25,197 nt of DNA from a virus (IMGVR_UViG_3300044262_000109:1-25197), one strand, 5' to 3'; positions 16,895-24,725 are shown, numbered from the stretch's first letter. The notes: a model not told the origin generated them from the sequence alone. Made by a program: numbers and translations.

Positions 16895-16936
16895 CGCTGA
16901 CTGCAACCCCCTCACCGGGAGGGGGCTGGGTCAGCG
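16895..16936. other. GC-rich hairpin downstream of the capsid gene
   Basis: CGCTGAC..CCCCCTC-accgg-GAGGGGG..GTCAGCG; no U tract. Confidence 0.45.
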
Positions 16937-16944
16937 TCCTGCTA

Positions 16945-17958
16945 TCAGCCGGCGCCGGTCGAGCCGATGGCCAGTTGCCAGAAGCCGTAGCCGCCGGCCG
17001 CCCTGGCCTCGGCGCCGTACTTGTATTCGGCGCGGCTGAACACGTCGTCGGCGGACATGTCGGTCTGGGACACGAACACCGGCGCCTTGCGCTCCTGGTA
17101 GATGAACGGCTTGACCGGCTTGGTGGTGTCGAGCAGGAACCAGGCGGTGTCGCTGGTCAGGCGGGCGTCCACCACCACCTCGGCCGTTCCCTTGTAGGGG
17201 TTGGCCTTGCCGTCGTCGAGGCGGTCGTTGTTCACGATGGCCAGGGCGATGTGCTCCAGGGCGGGCGGCACCAGGAGCAGGTTGGGGGTGACGTTGAGGG
17301 GCCGGCCCTCCTCGTCCAGGAACTTGCGCATGGCGGTGCGGGCGGCGCCATAGCTGGCGATGGCGGCGGCCTGGGTGGCCGCGGACAGGGCCACGGTCAG
17401 CTTGTTGGACACCGAGGCTCCGGCCACCACGTGGTCGGTATCGAAGAAGTACTGGCCATCCCAGCAGGTCGCGGCAAAGCCGTTGTTGACCAGGCCGAAG
17501 ACGATCTCGTCGGGCAGCTGCTTGGCCGAGAAGCCGGCCATCTGCGCCTGGGGCGCATAGATGCCGGTCTGGTCGTCCTCGATGTGGTTGCGCTTGACCG
17601 CCACCGTGGCCTCCCAGTCGTCGTTGACGATGGTGTACTTGAAGGCCTCCAGGCTCTTGACGAACTTATCGCCCACCCACTTGCGCATGCGCGGGAAGGT
17701 GGACAACCAGGCGTAGAGGTTCTCGCTGGTGGTGGACGGCACCCGCATGGCGATCTTTTCCCAGGTCGACGGGGAGTCCGCGAAGGCGTTGTTGAACAGC
17801 GTCTTCAAGGAGGTGAACAGGTTGGACAGGTTCTCCTTGTTGACGAGCATGCCCAGCATCAGCACGCCGCCGGCCGGGTCGGCGGCCATGACGGGGCCGG
17901 CGAACGCCGAGGCGACGACGGCCGCGAGGGCCAGGCCGGTGAGAATCAGTTTCTTCAT
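16945..17958 (-). CDS. Mu gpT-like major capsid protein with a 36-aa signal-peptide-like N-terminal extension
   Basis: VPSTTSENLYAWL..FPRMRKWVG, CWDGQYFFDTDH, AWFLLDTTKPVKPFIYQER and YGFWQLA are gpT-family motifs. Confidence 0.92.
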   Translation of the reverse strand: MKKLILTGLALAAVVASAFAGPVMAADPAGGVLMLGMLVNKENLSNLFTSLKTLFNNAFADSPSTWEKIAMRVPSTTSENLYAWLSTFPRMRKWVGDKFVKSLEAFKYTIVNDDWEATVAVKRNHIEDDQTGIYAPQAQMAGFSAKQLPDEIVFGLVNNGFAATCWDGQYFFDTDHVVAGASVSNKLTVALSAATQAAAIASYGAARTAMRKFLDEEGRPLNVTPNLLLVPPALEHIALAIVNNDRLDDGKANPYKGTAEVVVDARLTSDTAWFLLDTTKPVKPFIYQERKAPVFVSQTDMSADDVFSRAEYKYGAEARAAGGYGFWQLAIGSTGAG

Positions 17959-17985
17959 GGTGTATCTCCAGTCAGATGAGGTCGA

Positions 17986-18843
17986 TCAGGCGCTGGGCGT
18001 GATCTCGATGACGACGTTGGCGGTCACCGAGGCATCGTTGGTGCCGCCGACCGTGACGCTGATCACGTCGCCCACCGCCACCGTCTTGGCGGCGCTGGGG
18101 GCGCAGCTATCGACATCGCCGGCAGCCGAGCCGGCCTGGGCGATGGTGATGACACCTGTGGTGATGGCGGTGGAGCCGATCTTGCCGGTCAGGGTTGCGT
18201 CGCCGGTAGTCAGGGCGCCGTTGGTGACCGAGCGGATCGCCTTGATGTCGCCAGCCACCGGAGCAACGATGCGCAGCACCGTCGCATCGGCGCCGACCAG
18301 CGAGACCGCGCCCATGGGCAGGACAACCTTGTCGGCGCCGCCGCCCAGGTTGGTGCGCGCGGTGGCCTTGGTGCCCAGGTCCGACAGGTTGTTGGCCGCG
18401 AGCAGGCCGGATGCCGGGCTGACGTAGCTGTCGAAGCCCATGCGCACCCAGACGCCGTCGCTGTCCACGTCCTCGATCAGGCCCGCCACACTGCGGGTGG
18501 CCGAGCCGGAGGTCTTGGCCACGGTCTGGTCGTCCACCAGGTAGCAGACGTCGCCGATCTCGGCCACGGTGATCGCATCGGCGTCGGCGGAGTTGGCGTA
18601 GCGGAATACGCCGCGCTTGGCGGTCGCGGTCACATCGCCGGCGTCGCCGGCGGTGTTGTCGACCGTCTCCTCGAAGCGACCGACACAGAGCAGGCCGGTG
18701 GCGGTGACGGCGGGCTTGATGTTGCCGGAGGCGTCCAGCACGGCGATGCCGCCTGCGCGGCACTTCACGGCGGCGGCGACGCCCTTGTTGAGCAGCACGC
18801 CTTCGCGTTCGGGCGTGTTGCGGTCAGCGGTGAGAGCACCCAT
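17986..18843 (-). CDS. head decoration-like protein with a C-terminal fibre-like extension (285 aa)
   Basis: ALTADRNTP...CYLVDDQTVAKT...GVWV is typical of the gene between I and T; it is followed by NNLSDLGTKATARTNLG and a beta domain. Confidence 0.7.
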   Translation of the reverse strand: MGALTADRNTPEREGVLLNKGVAAAVKCRAGGIAVLDASGNIKPAVTATGLLCVGRFEETVDNTAGDAGDVTATAKRGVFRYANSADADAITVAEIGDVCYLVDDQTVAKTSGSATRSVAGLIEDVDSDGVWVRMGFDSYVSPASGLLAANNLSDLGTKATARTNLGGGADKVVLPMGAVSLVGADATVLRIVAPVAGDIKAIRSVTNGALTTGDATLTGKIGSTAITTGVITIAQAGSAAGDVDSCAPSAAKTVAVGDVISVTVGGTNDASVTANVVIEITPSA

Positions 18844-18875
18844 GTCGATCTCCTGTAATGACGGTCAGCCGGCGC

Positions 18876-19385
18876 TCAGGCGGAAGCCTGGGCGGCCAGG
18901 GTGGCCTGGAATGCCTTGGGGTCGACCCCCATGGCCGAGCACATGTCCAACTGGGAATCGGAGAGGGCGCCGGGCTTGCCGCCCAGATCCTTGTCGGAGG
19001 ACTGCATCCCCGCCAGGGCCGGGTTGGCCGGGGTGGCGGCGATGTAGGCCTTGAGCGCGGCCAGGTTGGACTTGCCCAGCTCCTCGGCCCAGGTCTTCTG
19101 GGCGGGCAGCAGGCGGCCCTCGGCCATGGCCTGGTCGATCACCCGCATCGACTCGTCGCCGTTCAGGCGGGCAGTCAGGGCGGCAACCTGGTCCCGGAGC
19201 CCCGTCATCACACCGACCTCGACATACTTCTCGGGGTCGGGCGCCTGGGCCTTCAGGGCGGCGATCTGGGTTTCCTGTTCGCCGGACTTGGCCTTGAGCG
19301 CGGCCACGCCGGCCAAGGCGTCGGCCTCGGTCGTGGTGTCCGGCAGGCCCAGCGCGGCGAGCAGCTTCTTCAGCGTTTCGTTCAC
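18876..19385 (-). CDS. internal in-frame scaffold protein (Mu gpZ analogue, 169 aa)
   Basis: GAGGAG-accacc-GTG at 19385, in frame inside gene I, as in Mu I/Z. Confidence 0.7.
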   Translation of the reverse strand: MNETLKKLLAALGLPDTTTEADALAGVAALKAKSGEQETQIAALKAQAPDPEKYVEVGVMTGLRDQVAALTARLNGDESMRVIDQAMAEGRLLPAQKTWAEELGKSNLAALKAYIAATPANPALAGMQSSDKDLGGKPGALSDSQLDMCSAMGVDPKAFQATLAAQASA

Positions 19386-19904
19386 GGTGGTCTCCTCGTC
19401 AGAGGTGGTGGGAAAGCGGGCGGACAGCGCGGCCAGGTCGGTCAGGCCATCGAGGCCGGCGAAGTTGACCAGGCCGGCGTGCTTGATATCCAGCACCCGA
19501 CCCTGGCTGTCGTAAGAGAAAACGGGGGATATGTAGCGGTATTCCTTCGCCGCGATCATCGCGGCGGCGCGCTCGGTCCATTCCGGAATGACGTACAGGC
19601 CGCCCGGCTCGCCGTCCGCCGGCTCGCGCCACTCCATGCCGGTGATCCAGCCAGCCGCAGGCGCGGGCTGGCCATTGCTGTCGGCCTTCAGGGTCTGGTG
19701 CTCGTAGTCGATCACCTTGTTGTCGGTGCGCGCATTGGCGCGGGCGATCACCTGGCGGGCCAGGTCGGCATCGATGGTCCAGCCCGGGATACCCTCCGGC
19801 CGGCCGGAGCCGTCAGCGGAGCGGAACAGCCCGGCCGGCAGCAGGCGGACGGCCTTGGCGACGGGGTCGAGCTGGAAAGAGAGGACGGCGATGCGGTGGT
19901 TCAT
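18876..19904 (-). CDS. Mu gpI-like prohead protease/scaffold (342 aa)
   Basis: LLPAG.F...DGSGRP, IDYEHQT, APAAGW, WTERAAAMIAAKEYRYISPVF. Confidence 0.92.
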   Translation of the reverse strand: MNHRIAVLSFQLDPVAKAVRLLPAGLFRSADGSGRPEGIPGWTIDADLARQVIARANARTDNKVIDYEHQTLKADSNGQPAPAAGWITGMEWREPADGEPGGLYVIPEWTERAAAMIAAKEYRYISPVFSYDSQGRVLDIKHAGLVNFAGLDGLTDLAALSARFPTTSDEETTVNETLKKLLAALGLPDTTTEADALAGVAALKAKSGEQETQIAALKAQAPDPEKYVEVGVMTGLRDQVAALTARLNGDESMRVIDQAMAEGRLLPAQKTWAEELGKSNLAALKAYIAATPANPALAGMQSSDKDLGGKPGALSDSQLDMCSAMGVDPKAFQATLAAQASA

Positions 19905-19911
19905 GGCCGCC

Positions 19912-19958
19912 AGTGTCGCGGCCGGGTGCGTGGTCCGGGATACTGACCACGGTCAGTG
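19912..19958 (-). promoter_or_regulatory. putative activator-dependent late promoter of the head operon (P_I analogue)
   Basis: ACTGACC-ac-GGTCAGT dyad at 19942-19957 and -10 GACACT (19917..19912), 7 nt before the ATG of gene I. Confidence 0.72.
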
Positions 19959-20013
19959 CCAACAAACCGCCCCGCGCGCGCGATCATCCCTACCACGGCC
20001 AGCGTTTTGCACC

Positions 20014-20019
20014 TATACT
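20014..20019 (+). promoter_or_regulatory. putative -10 (TATACT) of the accessory operon
   Basis: Near-consensus -10 just upstream of the structured leader; no clear -35. Confidence 0.45.
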
Positions 20020-20100
20020 GGCCGCACTGAATCTACGGCGGTAGCTGCACCGATCGGCAGACACTGCCGCCCACCTCGCCCGTGGGCGTTTGTTTTTAAT

Positions 20101-20180
20101 GGTCGGGTTGAGAGCGCCGAATACAACACCCGCAAGGGGAATGAGCGCCGGGTTCCGTAGAACCCAGTTGAGACCCGACC
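20101..20180 (+). ncRNA. C4/CI-like phage antisense RNA
   Basis: Closing stem GGTCGGGT/ACCCGACC, a CCC-GCAA-GGG GNRA hairpin and a GGGTTC-cgta-GAACCC hairpin. Segments are complementary to sites at 20205-20213, 20217-20224 and 20032-20038. Confidence 0.7.
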
Positions 20181-20231
20181 GCCCGCCGACTACTGACCGG
20201 CGGTTCTCAACTGAAATCTACGGAGGCCATC

Positions 20232-20453
20232 ATGGCTGCAATCATCCCCTTCCCGGCGCGCAATGCCGCGCCACAAAAAGCCCAAGATCGCTGTCTCGCC
20301 CTGGTCAAACAGTGGGCGCATGACGAGGCCACGCGCTACGACCACCCAGCCGAGCAACAGGACGTACCGCAAGACGACCTGGGGCGGCGGCTGACCGCCA
20401 TCGAAGCAAAGCTAGATACACTGCTGGCATCTGGAAAACGGAGGATGCAATGA
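20232..20453 (+). CDS. hypothetical protein (73 aa), first gene of the antisense-RNA-controlled accessory operon
   Basis: SD GGAGG at 20222-20226; IIPFP N-terminus and a short coiled coil RLTAIEAKLDTLL. Confidence 0.7.
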   Translation: MAAIIPFPARNAAPQKAQDRCLALVKQWAHDEATRYDHPAEQQDVPQDDLGRRLTAIEAKLDTLLASGKRRMQ

Positions 20454-20713
20454 TCGATTCTGCCAAGCAACCGCATAAACCAATGGCGGGCGAACGCAAG
20501 TCGCCTAGAGAGAAAGCAGCCAGTAACCCAGGCTCCGCCGTCCTGGCCATTGCTGCGTACTGCTATCACGAATGTCAAAACGAAGTTGCGATCAACTCGC
20601 ACAAGACCAAGTTCGCCATCAAGAACTGTGAAGTAACGGGATGCCCACTCTGGCCGTTTCGGGGCTGGAAACACGTCACAGGCGGAAGTACAACAAAGAA
20701 GCAAAACAAATGA
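20450..20713 (+). CDS. small basic Cys-motif (probable Zn-binding) protein (87 aa)
   Basis: ATGA coupling; SD GGAGG; AIAAYCYHEC...CEVTGCPLWPFR motif; visibly lower GC. Confidence 0.72.
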   Translation: MIDSAKQPHKPMAGERKSPREKAASNPGSAVLAIAAYCYHECQNEVAINSHKTKFAIKNCEVTGCPLWPFRGWKHVTGGSTTKKQNK

Positions 20714-20837
20714 TCGTTTTTTACTCGCGTCTAACGCTTATACGGCCTGTTGCGCGACACCAATATCGATGCAGGTATAGTCGGGTAGCCACCAACACCA
20801 TAAAACCCGGCAAATCGCTTTAAACAGCTTCCACACT

Positions 20838-20865
20838 CCCCGGCCAATCGCCGGGGTTTTTGTTT
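20838..20865 (+). terminator. Rho-independent terminator closing the accessory operon
   Basis: CCCCGGC-caatc-GCCGGGG followed by TTTTTGTTT. Confidence 0.75.
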
Positions 20866-21386
20866 CAGCCTTCCAGGTAGCTCCCGACCAGGTCGAGTAT
20901 CGTCCGCTCGTCCGCGTCCGACAAGCCCAGGAACGGCCGCGCCGGGATGTCGCCCCAGGGGGCCCCGCCGCCCAGGCTGCCCGCATCGGCGCCGAATTGC
21001 TGCACGCCGCCGTAGATGGTTGGCGTGCCGATCATCACGGCGCTGTCGCCGTCGAGCTGGTAGTCGATGGTCCCGGCCAGGTTTCCTTCAGCCACGAGCG
21101 GCTTCTTGCCCATCACCGTGCCGGCGCCCTTCTTGGTCAGCTTGCCGTCCTTCTTGCCGTAGACGCCTCCGCGTCCGGCCAGGTACATCAGAATGGTGGT
21201 CTCGGTGTTGGGCGCCCAGCGCTCGCCATCGGGGCCGGTGGAGGTGGCGAAGCGCCGCTGGGTGCTGTCCTGCACCTCCGCGCCGATCTCCAGCATCAGG
21301 GGCCGCAGGTCCGACAGCCGTCCGACCAGGCCAGCCAGGTAGGCCGCGGCGTCGCGGTCATCGTAGTCGATGGTCAGCAGGGCCAT
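20865..21386 (-). CDS. Mu gpG-like virion morphogenesis protein (173 aa)
   Basis: STQRRF....PDGERWAP...IGTPTIYGGVQQFG...IPARPFLGLS. Confidence 0.9.
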   Translation of the reverse strand: MALLTIDYDDRDAAAYLAGLVGRLSDLRPLMLEIGAEVQDSTQRRFATSTGPDGERWAPNTETTILMYLAGRGGVYGKKDGKLTKKGAGTVMGKKPLVAEGNLAGTIDYQLDGDSAVMIGTPTIYGGVQQFGADAGSLGGGAPWGDIPARPFLGLSDADERTILDLVGSYLEG

Positions 21387-21480
21387 GGCTTGCTATCCTT
21401 ATCTGGTGGGCGGTTGTTTCCAATGGGAACGGTTAGGGGCGGGCATCCGCAACTATGATCCGGTTCGAATCCGGCGCCGC

Positions 21481-22716
21481 TCACGCCCCCAACGGCACAT
21501 ATCGCCGATCTCCCTCGATGTTACCCCGGTCGACCCGGCCGCCGGTGCGGATGAAATTCGCCCGGATGCGCTGGCGCTCGCCCTCGATACGGACCTTGTC
21601 GCTGTAATCGACCCGCACGACGACCTTGCCGAGCTCGGCGCCCAGGTCGATCGCGTAGACCAGGGCGTGGTCGACGGTGTCCAGATAGGGCTTCGCCCCG
21701 GCCAGCAGCGCCGGCAGGTCTCGCCACACCGACACCGGCAGGGCCGTGCCAAGGCCGGCCTTCGCGTCGCGCAGGCCGTGCAGCAACTCCTGGTCGCGCA
21801 ACCAGACCCCGGCGCTCTGGGGCGCGACGTTGCGGGCCGCCAGGTCGGCCAGCGTCTTCTCGGCGAGGGTGTGTACCAGCAGTGTCTCGCTGTGGGCCTG
21901 CATCGTTGTTTCGACCCGGTCGACCATGGCTGCCACGGCACGGCCGATCTCGGCCTGGATGACGGGCCGTAGCGCCGATGCCATGGCCGCCCCGATGGGC
22001 GCCTCCAGGTTGAGCAGCTTCTGGTCGACCAGGTCGCGCAGCTCGGCCTGGGCGTTCGCGCCGGGGGCGTAGTCCCAGCCTCGGTCGATGCCGGGCAGGC
22101 GGCCCTTGGTGTCACGCTGGTTCCAGCCGGCCGGGGGTTCGATGGCGTCGCCCTCTGCCGGCGCCCGCACGGCCTTGACGCGGCAGCGGCAGCCCCAGCC
22201 ATTTGGCGGGTAGTGGGTGAGCCAGAAGGCATCATTGTGGTGCAGGGTCAGCCCGGCATCGCCCCATTCCTTGTGCTGTTTCCTGGGGTGCGCCACCGAG
22301 TCGTTGTGAATGTAGCGCCAGTACGGCCGCACTTTGAGCAGGTCGGGGTCGTTGAGCTGCTGCCATCGTCCGGCGGCGTAACTGGAGGCGATGTTGGTGT
22401 TGTAGACCACCCTGGTGCGCCAGGCCTCGCCGGCCTGGGTGCCCTCGCCGGTCCAGCCGGTCCAGCCATGTTTAGCCACGATGGCCTTGAAGTTCTTGCG
22501 GAACGTGGCCAGGGTGTCGCCGTTTGCGATGGCGCCGTCGACCGCTCGGCGCAGATCGTCGAGCAGGTCCGCCGACTGGGCGCCGGCGACGATGAAGGCG
22601 CGGTCGTGGGCGGCGGTCCAGATGTCGTCCCAGCGTTCGGTGGGCAGATTGAGCTTGCGGCGGAAGAAGTCGATCTGCTCCCGGAACGGCAGGCGAACGG
22701 TGAGGATATCGGCCAC
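21481..22716 (-). CDS. Mu gpF-like minor head protein (411 aa)
   Basis: PFREQIDFFRRK, AHDRAFIVAG, HPRKQH..W, FWLTHYPPNGWGCRC. Confidence 0.92.
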   Translation of the reverse strand: MADILTVRLPFREQIDFFRRKLNLPTERWDDIWTAAHDRAFIVAGAQSADLLDDLRRAVDGAIANGDTLATFRKNFKAIVAKHGWTGWTGEGTQAGEAWRTRVVYNTNIASSYAAGRWQQLNDPDLLKVRPYWRYIHNDSVAHPRKQHKEWGDAGLTLHHNDAFWLTHYPPNGWGCRCRVKAVRAPAEGDAIEPPAGWNQRDTKGRLPGIDRGWDYAPGANAQAELRDLVDQKLLNLEAPIGAAMASALRPVIQAEIGRAVAAMVDRVETTMQAHSETLLVHTLAEKTLADLAARNVAPQSAGVWLRDQELLHGLRDAKAGLGTALPVSVWRDLPALLAGAKPYLDTVDHALVYAIDLGAELGKVVVRVDYSDKVRIEGERQRIRANFIRTGGRVDRGNIEGDRRYVPLGA

Positions 22717-22718
22717 GC

Positions 22719-23522
22719 CTATCCCTCGTCGGCCACGTCACCCATGCCCCACAGGTGCCCGGCCGCCATCGCCTCGCTCATGGCCACCACCAGGCCGGCG
22801 CGGTCGATCGTCGGGTAGGCGGCGACCAGCATCTCGCGGAAGGCCTCCAGACTGTCGGCCTGGTCGAGCATGGCGCGGATGGTCTCCAGCCAGGCCTCGA
22901 TGTTGGGGGCCGCCACGCCGGCCAGGCGGGCGGCGAGCTGGTCCTCGATGGGGATGTCGGCCGGTACCGATCCGGACAGGGCCGCCAGGGCTGTCTTGTT
23001 CGCCCCATCCGCTGGCGTTGTTCCCTCACCCCGGGCCCCTCTCCCGGTGGGCGATGGGGGTACACCGAACACCGCCTCGTCCCCGGCCGCCTGGGGGATG
23101 CGCAGCTTCTCATGCACCCAGGCGACCGGGATGCGGGCGCCGTTCTCGGCCAGCTTCGGCAGCGCCTCGGAGTAGGTCTTCAGATCCTCGGCGCTGCCGG
23201 TGTCGAACACCCAGCGCGGGCAGCGTAACAGACCGTTGATGCCGGGCCGGTTTAACGCGATCAGCGGATACACCAGGTCGCGGGTGAGCGTGCCGGCCAC
23301 CTGGCGGGCGTCGGCGTCGCGGATGACGGCCAGGCCGAGGCGGTGTGCGACCAGGGCGTCGCGCACGGGCTTGGGGAGGGTGGCAACCGGGTAGTGACGG
23401 CGACGGCCACCGCGCACGGGGTGTTCCTGGTAGGGCCAGGATTCACGCTCAGCTCGTTGGCTGGCTGCCTGACGGCTGACACCCAGCGCCGCCGCGATCT
23501 CGATCAGGGTGGCGTGGTTCAT
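22719..23522 (-). other. in-frame fusion ORF: MuA transposase N-terminal HTH domain joined to the C-terminal part of a Mu gp29-like portal
   Basis: EIAAALGVSRQAASQRAERESW...GGRRRHYPVATLPKPVRDAL (Mu-type HTH), then from about 23324 IRDADARQVAGTLTRDLVYPL...CPRWVFDT..EDL...LPKL (gp29/DUF935 C-terminus). Alternative start at 23540. Confidence 0.8.
23023..23060 (+). repeat. REP-like CCCTCACCCC..CCCCTCTCCC palindromic element lying in frame in the portal C-terminal linker
   Basis: ccctcaccccgggcccctctcccggtgggcgatggggg; translates as PSPTGRGARGEG on the - strand. Confidence 0.55.
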
Positions 23523-23538
23523 GGCATGATTCGCGCTC

Positions 23539-23793
23539 ATGGACGACCCCGATTTCAATCAATTGCTCGACCGCGTAATGGCGATCGAGTTTGCCCTGTC
23601 AGAGCTTGTTGTTGAGCTTGAGCGGTCTGGCCGTCTTGACGAGGGCTCGCTCGATCTACGCCTGGCAAGGGTGTCTTCGGAGATTCTGGAAGGCTCTGCG
23701 CCTCACCAGGGCGATCCTCGTCGCGACCTTTCCGGGATTTCCGAAGATCTAGAATCGCTGATCGACGACTTAGTGCGTGCTCGTAGGCGTTGA
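23539..23793 (+). CDS. acidic helical hypothetical protein (84 aa), antisense to the early operon
   Basis: Fills the gap between 23797 and the fusion ORF; more protein-like than the overlapping - strand ORF. Confidence 0.5.
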   Translation: MDDPDFNQLLDRVMAIEFALSELVVELERSGRLDEGSLDLRLARVSSEILEGSAPHQGDPRRDLSGISEDLESLIDDLVRARRR

Positions 23794-23796
23794 GAC

Positions 23797-24237
23797 TCAT
23801 TTGTCCTCCCCGAGTACCTTCTTGATTGCCCGCTCCTGGCGGGCGATCTCACCCTTCATCATCTCCAGCCGGCCCAGCTCAGCCTGGAGGCTCTCCTTGC
23901 CAGGCAGCACCCGGCAGCCCAGCTTGGCGGCGAACAGCGACACCAGCGTCATCGACCCCGTCGCCGCGTCGAATGCGATCGCCGTTTCGAGGCTCGGGTG
24001 GTGTTCCTCGGCCGCCTCGCTGGTGTACTTGTCCAGGGTGTTCACCGATACCTCGCGCCCCAGCAGCCGGCCCATGTCGGCGGCGATCTGGTAGCGGTCC
24101 TTGCCGCTGTTGCGGATCGCCTCACCCATGGCGTGGGCGATCTCGACCCGGAAGCGCCAGGCGCCCGGATTCATCGGGTGGGCCTGGGGGATGCTGGCGA
24201 ACAGGTCGCCGGTCAGGCTGTCGATCACGCGACGCAT
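23797..24237 (-). CDS. Mu-like early protein following ner (146 aa), probable DNA-binding
   Basis: ATG 24237 adjacent to the ner stop; DRYQIAADMGRLLGREVS..TLDKYTSEA motif typical of the post-ner gene in transposable phages. Confidence 0.78.
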   Translation of the reverse strand: MRRVIDSLTGDLFASIPQAHPMNPGAWRFRVEIAHAMGEAIRNSGKDRYQIAADMGRLLGREVSVNTLDKYTSEAAEEHHPSLETAIAFDAATGSMTLVSLFAAKLGCRVLPGKESLQAELGRLEMMKGEIARQERAIKKVLGEDK

Positions 24238-24238
24238 G

Positions 24239-24583
24239 TCAGGCCGCCTTCTCCAGGTTGCCGGATGCGGCAGCCGCCCTGCTATTGCGCGCCTTTTCCC
24301 TCGCGTTAAACTGCAAAGCACGCATGCCGCGCGGCTTTTGCGTGCCGTCGTCGTTCCAGCGGCTGGGCCAGATCTCCCAGACCGGCACGCCGATGGCGTC
24401 GGCGATCCGCTTCTCGTTGAGCGGATAGCTGCGCAGGAAGGTGTGGGACAGCGGCGTCGCAGTGCTCATGCCGTGTTGCTGCGCCAGCGCGGCAAGGGTC
24501 CAGCCGGCCTTCGCCAGGGCGGCCTTGATGTCGGCCGGGTGCCAGTCCTCTCGACTGGTTTTTTTTGCGGGGTTGCTTGCCAT
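24239..24583 (-). CDS. ner: Ner-like DNA-binding protein
   Basis: DWHPADIKAAL.K.G.TLAALA...EKRIADAIGV...IWPSRW is the Ner/Nlp signature. Confidence 0.92.
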   Translation of the reverse strand: MASNPAKKTSREDWHPADIKAALAKAGWTLAALAQQHGMSTATPLSHTFLRSYPLNEKRIADAIGVPVWEIWPSRWNDDGTQKPRGMRALQFNAREKARNSRAAAASGNLEKAA

Positions 24584-24725
24584 CGTCTTTGCTCGTTGGT
24601 GGTGGCTGATGGAATGGCATTACAGATCAGATTTGATACCACGTCAAGCGGTTTGACATGGTTGCGGCTTTATTTTTGATACCTTTTTCGCGGAATTATG
24701 AAATACACAATAGAAACAACAGGAT

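Noticed and set aside
11-19946. Long + strand ORFs (e.g. 11..1450, 2763..4073, 4106..5578, 5822..7507, 14338..16185, 16459..17979)
   Set aside because: Antisense shadows of GC-rich - strand genes, with no recognisable motifs.
20090-20323. Ash-like ORF across the structured RNA
   Set aside because: Better explained as a translation of the C4-like RNA; no SD, and it overlaps the gene at 20232.
23555-23800. - strand 81-aa ORF coupled to 23797..24237
   Set aside because: Less protein-like than the overlapping + strand ORF; cannot be settled from sequence alone.
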